Of a stretch of 64,000 nt of DNA, positions 10,673 to 20,446 are shown piece by piece; within the stretch, counting starts at the first letter, position 1, and each line of letters starts with the position of its first letter. The notes beneath the pieces are model-generated. The model saw nothing but the letters and a program-made list of their open reading frames with translations, ran no database searches and was not told the origin of the DNA. Source of the DNA: an uncultured Fibrobacterota bacterium (GTDB taxonomy: Bacteria; Fibrobacterota; Chitinivibrionia; Chitinivibrionales; FEN-1185); assembly GCA_963753345.1 (NCBI GenBank), contig CAVWBU010000049.1, positions 64,001 to 128,000 on the forward strand, in the 5' to 3' direction. The position numbers and the translations under genes were made by a program.

Positions 10673-11473
10673 TTTCTTCCATATTGTAAAGTATACGGTT
10701 GTCGACATCATCCACCAGAAGAGCTTTCTCGTGCTGCTCATCGTGAGCATCGGGTTCGTAATGTTGCTCCGCGGCTGCTACTCGGGCAATTACACGGTGA
10801 ACGGCAGAACGGTCGACGGTTTGACGGTCGCGTGGCACGCGTCCATCGTCGCGTTTCACGTTGTGGCTGCCGGTGTGCTGCTTATTGCCGCAATCTTTTC
10901 CATGAATCTGCTGAGGCGCGACCGCGAAGACGGGACCGCCCAGTACATGCTGTCCAAGCCTCTGCCCCGCATCACCTATGTGTTCGGCCGCGCGATCGGC
11001 GTGTGGCTTGTTTCATTCGCGTTCATGTTCGCGCTTCACCTCACCATTTTTATCATCACGCTCGCCAGCGCGGGCGGGACCATGCCCGGATACCTTGTCG
11101 CGTCGTGTGTGTGCTCCGCAAACGTGCTCTTTATGGTCCTGCTCGTGTGCCTGATGTCGCTTTACATGCCGGATTTCGCCGCGGCCCTTGCGGGATTGGG
11201 CGTGGCGGCGGTGAGCTACGCGGCCGACTCTTTTTTCCATGCCGCGCAGACCAGGCTGGTGCAGGCCATGATGCAGAACCATCCCCTGAACGCTCCGCCG
11301 TGGGCAATGGCCTGGCCCAAGGTATGCTCGCTGCAGGATTGCGCGGTTACCTTGATAAACGGCAAAGCCTTTCAGCCGATCGGGCCCGTCCATCCCGGTG
11401 ATCGTGATGGCCTTTTACGTAATGTGCTATCGCGGCCGGGCTGGTTCTGGCGTTCGAGCGCAGGGAAATCTGA
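10665..11473 (+). CDS. ABC-2 type permease (frameshifts near 11395-11445)
   Basis: Multi-TM protein with DREDGTAQYMLSKPLPR; likely true end AFERREI* (TGA 11471-11473) in another frame. Confidence 0.8.
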
Positions 11474-11495
11474 CACTTCCGGCAAAGGACACAGC

Positions 11496-12668
11496 ATGAA
11501 GACCCTCTATTTCGACCTCGTGTCGGGCGCAAGCGGCGACATGATCCTTTCATCGCTGATCGACACCGGCGTGCCCGTGGACTGGCTCCGGAGGCAACTC
11601 GCCAAACTGAGGATTCCCGGCTTCACCATTGACGTGGAAAAGCAGAAGCGGAGCGGGATTTCCGCCTCGCATCTTGTGATGAAGTGGGACGCGCCGCGCA
11701 CCTACCGCCACCTCCGGGATTTACTAGGCATGATCAAATCTGCGGGCTACGGCGCGGGCGTGTATTCCCGGTGCGAGTCGGTTCTTATGCGGCTGGGAAA
11801 AGCCGAGGCAAAGGTGCACGACATGCCGCTTGAAAAAGTCCACTTTCACGAGGTGGGCGCGGTGGATACGATTGTTGACGTCGCGGGAATCTGCCTGTGC
11901 CTGGAGAAACTCGCTGCAGACGAGGTGGTTTTCTCGTCGCTCACCGACGGCAGGGGCACGGTGAACACCCAGCACGGCGTGATGCCGGTGCCGGTGCCCG
12001 CCGTGGCTGCCATGGCACAGGGGTTCGATCTGCGGATACTTGACATTCAGGGAGAGCTTCTCACGCCAACGGGGTGCGCCGTTCTCACCGCGCTGGGCAG
12101 GCAAGTCACAACCGGCGTATCCGGCACGGTGCTCTCCACCGGCTACGGCTGCGGCGACAAGTCGTTCAAGGAAACACCGAACGTTCTCCGCGTGTTTCTA
12201 GTCGAGCGGGATATATCCTCGCCGGCCGGCCGCGTGTGCGTCCTGGAATCGGACATGGACCACATTTCGGGCGAGATCATGGCCGATGCGGCCGGAAGGC
12301 TCATGCGCGAAGGCGCGCTCGATGTTTCGTGGCTGCCGGTGTTCATGAAAAAGGGAAGGCCCGGCTACAGACTCACCGTGCTGTGCGCGCCGGACAAGCA
12401 GCAGGAACTCGTCGACGCCATTATTATTCACACACGCACGCTCGGCGTGCGCATGCGCATGGAAGACCGAGTTGTGGCGGAAAGAAAGCAGGGTACTGCC
12501 AAACTCCGGGGGCAGGGTATTGAGGTGAAGGAATGTTCGTACAAGGGGCACTCGTTTACAAAGCCGGAATACGAGGCGCTGGCGAGGATAAGCGAGAAAA
12601 CCGGGACGCCGGTTGTCGAGCTTATGGAGGAATACCACGAAGGGATAAGGCGGCCGCGGCGGCGTTGA
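11496..12668 (+). CDS. larC: Nickel pincer cofactor biosynthesis protein LarC
   Basis: MKTLYFDLVSGASGDM, VHFHEVGAVDTIVD, HGVMPVPVPA, GELLTPTG, MKKGRPG, KPEYE; own ATG with AAGGA upstream. Confidence 0.9.
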   Translation: MKTLYFDLVSGASGDMILSSLIDTGVPVDWLRRQLAKLRIPGFTIDVEKQKRSGISASHLVMKWDAPRTYRHLRDLLGMIKSAGYGAGVYSRCESVLMRLGKAEAKVHDMPLEKVHFHEVGAVDTIVDVAGICLCLEKLAADEVVFSSLTDGRGTVNTQHGVMPVPVPAVAAMAQGFDLRILDIQGELLTPTGCAVLTALGRQVTTGVSGTVLSTGYGCGDKSFKETPNVLRVFLVERDISSPAGRVCVLESDMDHISGEIMADAAGRLMREGALDVSWLPVFMKKGRPGYRLTVLCAPDKQQELVDAIIIHTRTLGVRMRMEDRVVAERKQGTAKLRGQGIEVKECSYKGHSFTKPEYEALARISEKTGTPVVELMEEYHEGIRRPRRR

Positions 12669-12811
12669 GAGGGCGCGGCGGCGGCCGGCATGCCGGGACA
12701 CAACCCTTGTTTGCCTCCCTCGTGATATAGTATTTTACCCAATCCGCTCAAACGATACTCAGGCATTTTTCCCGTTGTTGCTATAAATCAATATCCTGAA
12801 AGGTGGATTCG

Positions 12812-13975
12812 ATGAGGTATCTGTTTACTTCTGAAAGTGTGTCGCAGGGACATCCGGACAAAGTTGCCGACCAGATCTCCGATGCGGTGCTCGACGCCAT
12901 GCTCGAGCAGGACCCGTATTCCCGCGTCGCGTGCGAGACGCTGGTGACCACCGGCCTCGTGGTGGTGGCCGGCGAAATAACGAGCAAGGCGATTGTCGAC
13001 ATTCCCGGCGTGGTCCGCCGCACGATTTCCGAAATCGGCTACAACGACCCCGGCCTCGGGTTTGAGTCGAAAAGCTGCGGCATTCTCGTGACACTTGACA
13101 AACAGTCACCCGATATCTCCCAGGGAGTCACCGCGGGAAAGGGACTTCACAAGGAGCAGGGCGCGGGCGACCAGGGCATGATGTTCGGCTATGCCTGCGA
13201 CGAGACCAAGACCTACATGCCGCTCGCCATTCATCTTGCGCACCGGCTGGTGGAATACCTCACGTTCGCGCGGGAAAAGAAACTCATCAAGTACCTGCGT
13301 CCCGACAGCAAGTCGCAGGTGACCGTTGAATACGAGAACGACAAACCCGTGCGCGTCCATACCGTGGTGCTTTCCACCCAGCATGCGCCCGATGTTTCGT
13401 ACCAGAAAATCAGGAAAGACATGATCGAGAAGATCATCAGGAAGGTGATCCCGGCAAAACTGCTTGACAAGAAAACAGTTTTTCACGTCAATCCCACGGG
13501 ACGGTTTGTGATCGGCGGCCCTCACGGCGACAGCGGCGTTACGGGCCGCAAAATTATCGTCGACACGTACGGCGGATACGGCGGCCATGGCGGCGGAGCT
13601 TTTTCGGGCAAGGACCCCACCAAGGTTGACCGGAGCGCCGCGTACGCCGCGCGCTGGATCGCCAAGAACCTTGTGGCGGCCAAGCTGGCGAAAAAGGTGA
13701 GGATACAGGTGTCGTACGCCATCGGCGTCGCAAAGCCCATTTCGATTTATGTGGACACCTACGGCACCGGCATCATGTCCGACGACAAGATAAGCAGGAT
13801 CGTGGAAAAAGTGTTCGACCTCCGTCCCGCCGCCATCATCGAAAAGCTCAAGCTGCGGCGGCCCATCTACCGCGAGACCGCCCGCAACGGCCATTTCGGC
13901 CGCGAGCTCCCGAATTTCACATGGGAGAAGCTTGACATGGTGGCAAAAATCAGGAAAGCCGCGAAGCTCAAGTAA
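12812..13975 (+). CDS. metK: S-adenosylmethionine synthetase
   Basis: [38 protein letters not shown]. Confidence 0.98.
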   Translation: MRYLFTSESVSQGHPDKVADQISDAVLDAMLEQDPYSRVACETLVTTGLVVVAGEITSKAIVDIPGVVRRTISEIGYNDPGLGFESKSCGILVTLDKQSPDISQGVTAGKGLHKEQGAGDQGMMFGYACDETKTYMPLAIHLAHRLVEYLTFAREKKLIKYLRPDSKSQVTVEYENDKPVRVHTVVLSTQHAPDVSYQKIRKDMIEKIIRKVIPAKLLDKKTVFHVNPTGRFVIGGPHGDSGVTGRKIIVDTYGGYGGHGGGAFSGKDPTKVDRSAAYAARWIAKNLVAAKLAKKVRIQVSYAIGVAKPISIYVDTYGTGIMSDDKISRIVEKVFDLRPAAIIEKLKLRRPIYRETARNGHFGRELPNFTWEKLDMVAKIRKAAKLK

Positions 13976-14040
13976 GGCGGTTTTGTTGAGAATGAAGTGA
14001 GGGCATAGAGCGATCTATGCCCTTTCTTATAGGAAAAGCC

Positions 14041-14117
14041 TCTCGCAAAGATCGCCACGGTCGCAGAGAATATAAAAAGGTATTTTACCTTTTGCGCTCC
14101 TGGCGTTCTTGGCGAGA
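14041..14117. repeat. Imperfect palindromic REP-like element
   Basis: TCTCGCAAAGATCGCCA...TGGCGTTCTTGGCGAGA terminal inverted arms. Confidence 0.6.
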
Positions 14118-14159
14118 TATTTTTTAGAGTAGACTTCTGAAATCAAGGAGAATCGCTCT

Positions 14160-15743
14160 ATGGACAACCGCCCGTCCGTCGTTCTCACCGGCAACGACCT
14201 CACGGTCGAGGACATCGTGGCCATCGGCATCGGCGACAAGCGCGTCACCATCGATCCGGCGGCGCTTTCCCGGTGCAAGGAGTCGCGCGACTTTCTCGTC
14301 CGTGAAGTGGAGGCGCGGCGCATCATCTACGGGGTGAACACGTCGTTCGGCCCCATGTGCAACAAGATCATCGCCGACGCCGACATCGAGACGCTGCAGG
14401 TCAATCTCATCAGGAGCCATGCCGCGGGGCTCGGCGATCCCATCAAACCCTACATCGCGCTGGCCGTGCTCGCCGTGCGGCTCAACACGCTTGTCAAGGG
14501 ATTTTCCGGCGTGCGCATCGAACTGGTGGCGCTCATGGCGGAAATGGTGAACGCCGGCATCGCGCCCTATATTCCCGAATGCGGCAGCGTGGGCGCGTCG
14601 GGCGACCTGGTGCACCTGGCGCACACGGCGCTCGCCGTTATCGGCGAGGGAAACGTGTTTTACAAGAAGGAATTCATGCCCGCGCGTGCGGCGTTTGCGA
14701 AAGCGGGGCTCGCGCCGGCGCGCCTGAGCTACAAGGAAGGGATCGCCATCATGAACGGCACGAGCGCCATGACCGCCATCGCGGCGTTTGCGCTGTTCGG
14801 CGCAAAAAAACTGCTGCGTCTCGCATGCGTCAACGCGGCGTTCGCCATCGAGATCTTCGGCGGCATCGACGACGCGTTCGACGAAGACCTGCACGAGGTG
14901 AAGCCGCATCCGGGTCAGAAGGCCGTCGCCGCGATCATCCGCAGGCTGTACGGCGGCTCGAAGAACATCACCCTCCGGAAAGACATGCACGAGATCATCC
15001 GGCGCCAGCAGACCGACGGCCGCGTGTTCGAGACGAGCATCAACGTGCAGGACGTGTATTCCATCCGGTGCGCGCCGCAGATCCTCGCGCCCGTGAGCGA
15101 GGCCATCGAGGCCGCGGCTCGCACCATAGAGATCGAGGCGAATTCGTCGAACGACAATCCCATCATCATTCCCCAAAAGCAAAAGATCATCCACGGCGGC
15201 AATTTCCACGGCCAGAGCGTGGGCTTTGCCATGGACATGCTGTGCATGGCCGTCGCCGAGTTGTGCACGCTGTCGGAGCGGCGGCTCAACAAGCTGCTTG
15301 ACAAGAGCCTCAACGAGGGCCTGCCCGAGCATCTCATTCCGGGGACCGTGGGCCTCACCATGGGGTTCATGGGCGCGCAGTACCTGGCCACCTCCACCAC
15401 GGCGGAAAACAGGCAGCTCGCGAACCCGGTGAGCACGCTGTCAATCTCGTGCAACGCGTCGAACCAGGACGTGGTGAGCATGGGTACGGTCGCGGCGCGC
15501 AAGGCGTTCAAGGCGGTGAGCAACGCCAAGCACGTGCTCACGCTCGAGACCCTCGCGCAGATGCAGGCGCTCTCCTTTCGCAATGCGGCGACCATGGGGC
15601 GCGGCACCACCAAGGTGTACAACACGCTCAAGCCGCATTTCTCGGTCTACGACAACACACGGGTGTTCCACGACGACCTGGTGAAATTCAGGAAGCTGCT
15701 GTTTTCAAGCCAGTTGTTTGATGACTTGGAAGTTTATTATTGA
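14160..15743 (+). CDS. MIO-dependent aromatic amino acid ammonia-lyase (HAL/PAL/TAL family)
   Basis: IYGVNTSFG, GSVGASGDL (MIO-forming ASG), QDVYSIRC, NDNP, HGGNFHG, NQDVVSMG. Confidence 0.93.
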   Translation: MDNRPSVVLTGNDLTVEDIVAIGIGDKRVTIDPAALSRCKESRDFLVREVEARRIIYGVNTSFGPMCNKIIADADIETLQVNLIRSHAAGLGDPIKPYIALAVLAVRLNTLVKGFSGVRIELVALMAEMVNAGIAPYIPECGSVGASGDLVHLAHTALAVIGEGNVFYKKEFMPARAAFAKAGLAPARLSYKEGIAIMNGTSAMTAIAAFALFGAKKLLRLACVNAAFAIEIFGGIDDAFDEDLHEVKPHPGQKAVAAIIRRLYGGSKNITLRKDMHEIIRRQQTDGRVFETSINVQDVYSIRCAPQILAPVSEAIEAAARTIEIEANSSNDNPIIIPQKQKIIHGGNFHGQSVGFAMDMLCMAVAELCTLSERRLNKLLDKSLNEGLPEHLIPGTVGLTMGFMGAQYLATSTTAENRQLANPVSTLSISCNASNQDVVSMGTVAARKAFKAVSNAKHVLTLETLAQMQALSFRNAATMGRGTTKVYNTLKPHFSVYDNTRVFHDDLVKFRKLLFSSQLFDDLEVYY

Positions 15744-15759
15744 GAATTAGAAGAAGATA

Positions 15760-15906
15760 TGGGCGTTCCCCCGGTTGTGAAACACAACCGGGGTCGGTCT
15801 CCCTCCGGGCTCGGCTGTTCGCCTCGTTGCCGGACCGCCCTATGCCTATCGGCCGGGTCGGCCGGCAATTCGCTTTGGCTCACCCTCCGGTCCACCTAAC
15901 GCGCGC
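15760..15906 (-). repeat. Family-2 repeat, copy 2 (no insert)
   Basis: Reverse complement GCGCGTTAGGTGGACCGGAGG...CAACGAGGCGAACAGCCGAGCCCGGAGGGAG...GAACGCCCA. Confidence 0.9.
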
Positions 15907-16024
15907 AAACAGGAATCTATTCTGTCAAGTGGTAATACTTGCGCAATGCGAAAATCTTGTTGATCAGCGCAGAAAATCCTGATTCGTCAAGCCTGCGGGG
16001 ATTGTGGAAGATTCCTGCTGCCAA

Positions 16025-16162
16025 GCGCCAGGCAGGACTGGAGGCCGCGCTGGAGCGCGGTGCTGCCTGACCACGGCCCGCAGGGCCCTCGTGGCAGGCA
16101 GCCCCGAGGCCGTAGGCCGAGACCGGAAGGAGGGCCGCCGTCGTCTTCTGCGGGGCGCCCAA
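16025..16162 (+). repeat. Family-2 repeat, copy 3
   Basis: GCGCCAGGCAGGACTGGAGG...GCCGAGACCGGAAGGAGGGCCG...GGGGCGCCCAA. Confidence 0.85.
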
Positions 16163-16266
16163 CTCATTTCTTTCCAATTCTATTCTGCAAAAAAAGTCCC
16201 TTTATCACCGTTTTCTATCTTATTTTTAATACAATGGCGAGGGCTGCCATTCCACAAGGAGGAACC

Positions 16267-16803
16267 ATGTCAGGCGCGAAGAAGACACTGATTGCCGGAT
16301 GCTGCATTGCGGGGCTGCTTGCGCTGCCGCTTTCGGCGCAGCAGATGGTCGACAACTGGAAGATCACGCCGGCCACGGATGGAAGCACGCTGGCCATGGC
16401 GATATCGAATCCGGCCACTCCTCTCAACATCGAAGCGGAGATGGACTATTCGGTCGCGAACAACGGCGTGCCGTCAAAGGCGACGGTAAAATTCAAGACA
16501 GGCGTTCAGCGCGCCATGACGCCTGAGGAAGTGGATTTTTACTGGTCGAATCTCAAAGGCCCCAACGCTTTCTGGAATTATATGCAGGGACAGGGAAAGA
16601 CCAACAGCTTCACCTCGAACACCGACCAGATTCCCTTCAGCTTTCTCGGACGCACGGTAAGGGTAATTTCGAACGAAAACAATTTATACATCGGCACGCT
16701 GGCCCAGAACACCAATACACCCGATTGGTTCTCGCTCGACATCAAGGGAAACCGCGTCTTGTTCTGGCGGAAAGCGGTGAAGGAAATTCAACAGCTCAAG
16801 TAG
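16267..16803 (+). CDS. Exported protein of unknown function, paralog 1
   Basis: RBS AAGGAGG, signal peptide ending LSA-QQ; shares SNP, FK.GVQRAMTP.E and VKEIQ.LK with 19256 and 20447. Confidence 0.85.
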   Translation: MSGAKKTLIAGCCIAGLLALPLSAQQMVDNWKITPATDGSTLAMAISNPATPLNIEAEMDYSVANNGVPSKATVKFKTGVQRAMTPEEVDFYWSNLKGPNAFWNYMQGQGKTNSFTSNTDQIPFSFLGRTVRVISNENNLYIGTLAQNTNTPDWFSLDIKGNRVLFWRKAVKEIQQLK

Positions 16804-16820
16804 GGTTTTTTGAAATTGAC

Positions 16821-16860
16821 AAAAAGAAAGCCGCCGAGTCGATCCGGCGGCTTTCTTTTT
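16821..16860. terminator. Bidirectional intrinsic terminator
   Basis: AAAAAGAAAGCCGCCG-loop-CGGCGGCTTTCTTTTT between convergent genes. Confidence 0.9.
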
Positions 16861-16886
16861 GCGCGCTTTGCGCGCGGAAAACGGGC

Positions 16887-18305
16887 CTATCGGGCCGGAA
16901 GTCGGCCGGCCTTATTGGCCGAGTCGCGCGGAAGCTGGGCAACCTGCGCCTGCATCTCCTCAACGCTGCACGCGACGGGAAACTCCGACTGGTAGGCCTT
17001 GACGGTTTGCGCGGCATCGTCGCGCCGTTTCTGTGCCAGTTCGATTTTCACGAGCATGCCGTACTCGCGCTCGCGCCATGCGCCCACCGGATATGACGCA
17101 AGATAGCTGCGAATTCCTTGTTCTGCTTCCCCGTAACGGCCGAGCTTGGAAAACAGGATGCTGTTGCTTCGGTGAAGCACGGCCTCGCGCACGAGGCTGT
17201 CGTTCGTGGCGGCGACGGCCTTTCTATAGGCTTCGAGCGCGCTTTCCCAGCGGCCCGTCTTGCTGTAGCAGAGCGCAAGATCGCAGTACGCGACGTCTTG
17301 GTCAAGCGAATGGCGGGAGAGATAGTTGACAATAGCGACTATCGTGCCGTCATAATCGCCCCGGCGGATGAGGTGCCGGACCGCGGCATAGGCCTGCTGT
17401 GCGGAAGCGAGGTCGTCCGCCGAGGACCTGGAGCTCTGGTGGGCATCCGTGCCGCGGGGCGGCGCGAGTGGAAAGGCCCACGGGCCCAGTGCTTCGAAAT
17501 CTTCGGCCAGCTGCATGTGCAGCAACCGGGGCAGGGGTCCTGTGCTCAGGGAGCCGCCCGCGCCGTCCGCAAGGCAGAGTTCGCCGCAGGACACGGCTGT
17601 CTGGCCGCCGGTCCGGCTGCTGCGGACCGTCACCGTTCCCTCGATGACCGAAACGCGCACTTCGTCGCCAGTGCGGTCAACCGAAAAATGAGTCCCCGTG
17701 GCCACAGCCGTAACCGTTCCGCAGCGGACCGCGATGGTGTCGTAGAGCCTCTTGTGCGCTGCGATTAGAACGGCGCCGTGTCCAAGGTCGAAATGCACGA
17801 CCCGCCTTTCGGGCCGGCTGATCACAACGCTCGAATTGGGGCATACCTTCAAAGCGCACATCCTGTCGAAAACGACAATGCTATCTCTTGCCGACGTTGA
17901 AATCGCACCATCCTGTGATGCCGGAGCGGCTGCAGCGGGCAAAGAATGGTTTCTGTTCTGCAGACCGAACACATAATACACCGAAGCAACCGCCGCGAAA
18001 ACAAGCACGGCCGCCGCTGCCAGGAACCTGAGCGGCGGTCTTTTCGACGGAAATTCGAGCATCCGCGGCGGCCGGCTGCCTAGCGCGAGGCCGCGGTCGA
18101 TGGCGGCCATTGCGGCGGCGCTGTCGAAACATGAATCCGCCGGTGCAGGACGTTTGAGGAGCGCGAGCGTGGCACGCGCTTCGCGGTACGCGCGTCCGCA
18201 GCGCCCGCATACCGCAACGTGCGTCTCCACGGCGAGCCTTTGCTCTTTGTCAAGAAGACCGTCGCACAGCAGATACACCTGACGTTCGGTTACGTTACAT
18301 TTCAT
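16887..18305 (-). CDS. Anti-sigma factor: zf-HC2 + TM + FecR domain + TPR
   Basis: HVAVCGRC zinc-finger, one TM helix, FecR-like VATGTHFSV...VSVIEGTVTV, C-terminal TPR-like helices. Confidence 0.85.
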   Translation of the reverse strand: MKCNVTERQVYLLCDGLLDKEQRLAVETHVAVCGRCGRAYREARATLALLKRPAPADSCFDSAAAMAAIDRGLALGSRPPRMLEFPSKRPPLRFLAAAAVLVFAAVASVYYVFGLQNRNHSLPAAAAPASQDGAISTSARDSIVVFDRMCALKVCPNSSVVISRPERRVVHFDLGHGAVLIAAHKRLYDTIAVRCGTVTAVATGTHFSVDRTGDEVRVSVIEGTVTVRSSRTGGQTAVSCGELCLADGAGGSLSTGPLPRLLHMQLAEDFEALGPWAFPLAPPRGTDAHQSSRSSADDLASAQQAYAAVRHLIRRGDYDGTIVAIVNYLSRHSLDQDVAYCDLALCYSKTGRWESALEAYRKAVAATNDSLVREAVLHRSNSILFSKLGRYGEAEQGIRSYLASYPVGAWREREYGMLVKIELAQKRRDDAAQTVKAYQSEFPVACSVEEMQAQVAQLPRDSANKAGRLPAR

Positions 18306-18306
18306 A

Positions 18307-18879
18307 TCATGCAACTTCCATCATCCCGCTTTTCTTGAGTTGCTTCGTGACAAGCTTGCGTCCCTTGAACAGTATGGCCTTTATCGCATTTTCGCTTTTC
18401 CCGGTCTGCTTTGCAATGTCCTCAAGGCTTGCGTCTGCAAAGTAGAACATCGAAAAGATCTCCCGGCTGATTTCCGGCATGCCCTCGATGACCGACACCG
18501 CCTTTTCAAACATACGCCGGCGGTCGATGCCCGCCTCGACGTCCTGGTCGCCGGCGAGAACCTGTTCGGGCACATCGTCGAGCCCCGTTGTCTTCCGGTG
18601 TTCGGTCTCCCTGGCAAGCACCGTGAACGTAACGTTGACGGTTATCCGGTAGAGCCAGGTGCTGAACTTGCAATGCCCCTTGAAGTCGCCTATTTTCCGG
18701 ATGACGCGCATCGCCACTTCCTGGAAGATGTCCTGCGTCAGCTGGGGGTTCCTGGTGATGCGCGTAGCGACCGCGTGTATCATCCCGCTATTTGCAAAGA
18801 GCAGTTCCCGAAGCGCCTGTGGGTCACCATTCCGGCTTTTTGCCACAAGGTCGCTCTCGGGAAGAGTACCTGCATTCAT
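18307..18879 (-). CDS. ECF RNA polymerase sigma factor
   Basis: DIFQEV...FKGHCKFSTWLYRITVN; region 4 SLEDIAKQTGKSENAIKAILFKGR. Confidence 0.95.
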   Translation of the reverse strand: MNAGTLPESDLVAKSRNGDPQALRELLFANSGMIHAVATRITRNPQLTQDIFQEVAMRVIRKIGDFKGHCKFSTWLYRITVNVTFTVLARETEHRKTTGLDDVPEQVLAGDQDVEAGIDRRRMFEKAVSVIEGMPEISREIFSMFYFADASLEDIAKQTGKSENAIKAILFKGRKLVTKQLKKSGMMEVA

Positions 18880-18884
18880 CAATA

Positions 18885-19015
18885 AGACCCCGAACAGGAG
18901 GAAAAGTTACCCGGATAGTGAAAAGTCTTGATACTGGTGTCCTAAATATATGATCTTCATGGCAGATGCGGCATGCAAAAAAACCGGAAACCGCTTGCCT
19001 GTGACTGCCGTCTAA
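18885..19015. promoter_or_regulatory. Divergent ECF-type promoter candidates
   Basis: Minus strand GTAAC-N17-GTCT (18910-18885), 5 nt before the sigma ATG. Plus strand GGAAAC-N17-CGTCTAA (18986-19015), facing paralog 2. Confidence 0.5.
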
Positions 19016-19255
19016 CTGGTAGTTGAAGGTAAATCGCCCGCTCCAAAGAGAAAAAAGAGGTCGCCGACAGAATCGGGGGAAGAATCAATGGGAAAATTGT
19101 ATATTTTCTTCAGTTTTCTTGATCTTCAACATTCAATTTGACGACTTAATATATGGATCACGTAATCAGCAGTTGAAGAGTGTCCGCTGCCAGGGGCGAG
19201 GGGCTTTAAGCTACCATTGTACCAAGACCGGGCAATTTTAAACAAGGAGAAGAGC

Positions 19256-19795
19256 ATGATGCGAGTCCTGAAGAAATCGGTTTTCGCTGTGTGCGCTGTC
19301 GCTGTCATCGGAGCGCAAGGGGTGTCCGGGCAGCAGGCTTTTGACAACTGGGCAATATCTCCTGGCCAGGACGGTAAGTCAGTCACCATGACCTATGCGA
19401 ACCCGGGTACCTACCTGAAGATCGAATCGGACCTGGTTCTTTCCGTTGACGCCGCCGGAGCGGCGACCAGCGGAACCATTCATTTCAAAGACGGCGTTCA
19501 GCGCGCCATGACCCCGGGAGAGGTGGCGTTTTACTTTACGGAATACAACGCCGGCGGCGCCTACTGGGACTTCCGGGAGAAACAGGGGACGCTCACCAAA
19601 TTCGACTTCAACAGCGACGCGATCCCGCAGGGTTTCGCTGGCCAGCAGGTGCGGGCGGTGTCCAAAGCAGGGAAGCAGTACATCGGCGTCATGAGTCTGC
19701 TGCCGGCCTCGCCGGACTGGTTTTCGCTCAACATCAGGGGCAACACGATGCTTTTCTACAAGAACGCGGTGAAAGAGATACAAGTTCTAAAATAA
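19256..19795 (+). CDS. Exported protein of unknown function, paralog 2
   Basis: RBS AAGGAG, signal peptide; FKDGVQRAMTPGEV, PDWFSL, AVKEIQVLK. Confidence 0.85.
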   Translation: MMRVLKKSVFAVCAVAVIGAQGVSGQQAFDNWAISPGQDGKSVTMTYANPGTYLKIESDLVLSVDAAGAATSGTIHFKDGVQRAMTPGEVAFYFTEYNAGGAYWDFREKQGTLTKFDFNSDAIPQGFAGQQVRAVSKAGKQYIGVMSLLPASPDWFSLNIRGNTMLFYKNAVKEIQVLK

Positions 19796-19810
19796 ATTCT
19801 AAGATTTGAG

Positions 19811-20067
19811 TTGGGTGTTTCCCTCGCTACGCTCGGGCCGGTCTCCTTCCGGGCCACCCCTTCGGGTGCTTCCAAGGGTCGTCGGCTGTCCGCCTCGTTG
19901 CCGGACCGCCCCGATGGCCTTCGGCCGGGCACCCCGTCGGGTGCTTCCAAGGGTCGTCGGCCGGCAAAAGGCAAGAGACACAATGATGAAGCGCGAAGCG
20001 CTATTTCCATGCCTTGGGGAACGAAGTGACAATTCGCTCTGGCTCACCCTGCAGTCCACCTAACGCG
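19811..20067 (-). repeat. Family-2 repeat, copy 4 (two 27-bp inserts plus a ~62-bp insert)
   Basis: Colinear with copy 2 once 19855-19881, 19930-19956 and 19968-20032 are removed. Confidence 0.9.
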
Positions 20068-20116
20068 GCGCAGAAGATCACCGCCAAATTTTATATCCGG
20101 CTTTCGCTTCTTTTAT

Positions 20117-20174
20117 CCCTTGTCAAATCGGAGAGGTCCGTGCTGAGCGAGGTCAAAGCGGGCCGGGGGTGAGG
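20117..20174 (+). repeat. Degenerate CCCTCTCC...GGAGAGGG...GGGGTGAGG REP-like element
   Basis: Ends GGCCGGGGGTGAGG like 33654 and 38495; extra GTGCTGAGCGAGGTCAAAGC inside. Confidence 0.45.
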
Positions 20175-20293
20175 TCAAATGAAATAGAACGATTGGTTTA
20201 GGAGATTAAAGGATAGAATAATTCCGAAAAGTCAAATCACCAGGTATCGCTTTTATCTGGGGATTATACAACAGGGCAATGCTCCATTGCCCT

Positions 20294-20423
20294 GCGCCAG
20301 GTCGGACTGAAAAAATGGTCCCGCTAAAGCGGGATTACCGCCTGACCACGGCCCGAAGGGGTAACGAGGCGAACAGCCGAGCCTGAAAGGAGGACCGCCG
20401 CTGCTTTAGCAGCGGGGCGCCCA
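20294..20423 (+). repeat. Family-2 repeat, copy 5
   Basis: GCGCCAGGTCGGACTG...AACGAGGCGAACAGCCGAGCCTGAAAGGAGG...GGGGCGCCCA. Confidence 0.85.
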
Positions 20424-20446
20424 TTTTACTTGAATTTGATCGATTC

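Noticed and set aside
10665-12668. 667-aa ABC permease-LarC fusion in the ORF track
   Set aside because: The permease has a natural end (AFERREI*, 11473) in another frame and LarC has its own ATG and RBS at 11496; the fusion is probably an indel artefact.
12669-12811. SAM riboswitch upstream of metK
   Set aside because: No recognisable SAM-I/II consensus.
19855-19956. Two 27-bp direct repeats as a mini-CRISPR
   Set aside because: The 48-bp spacer is family-2 repeat sequence, other copies are solitary, and there are no cas genes.
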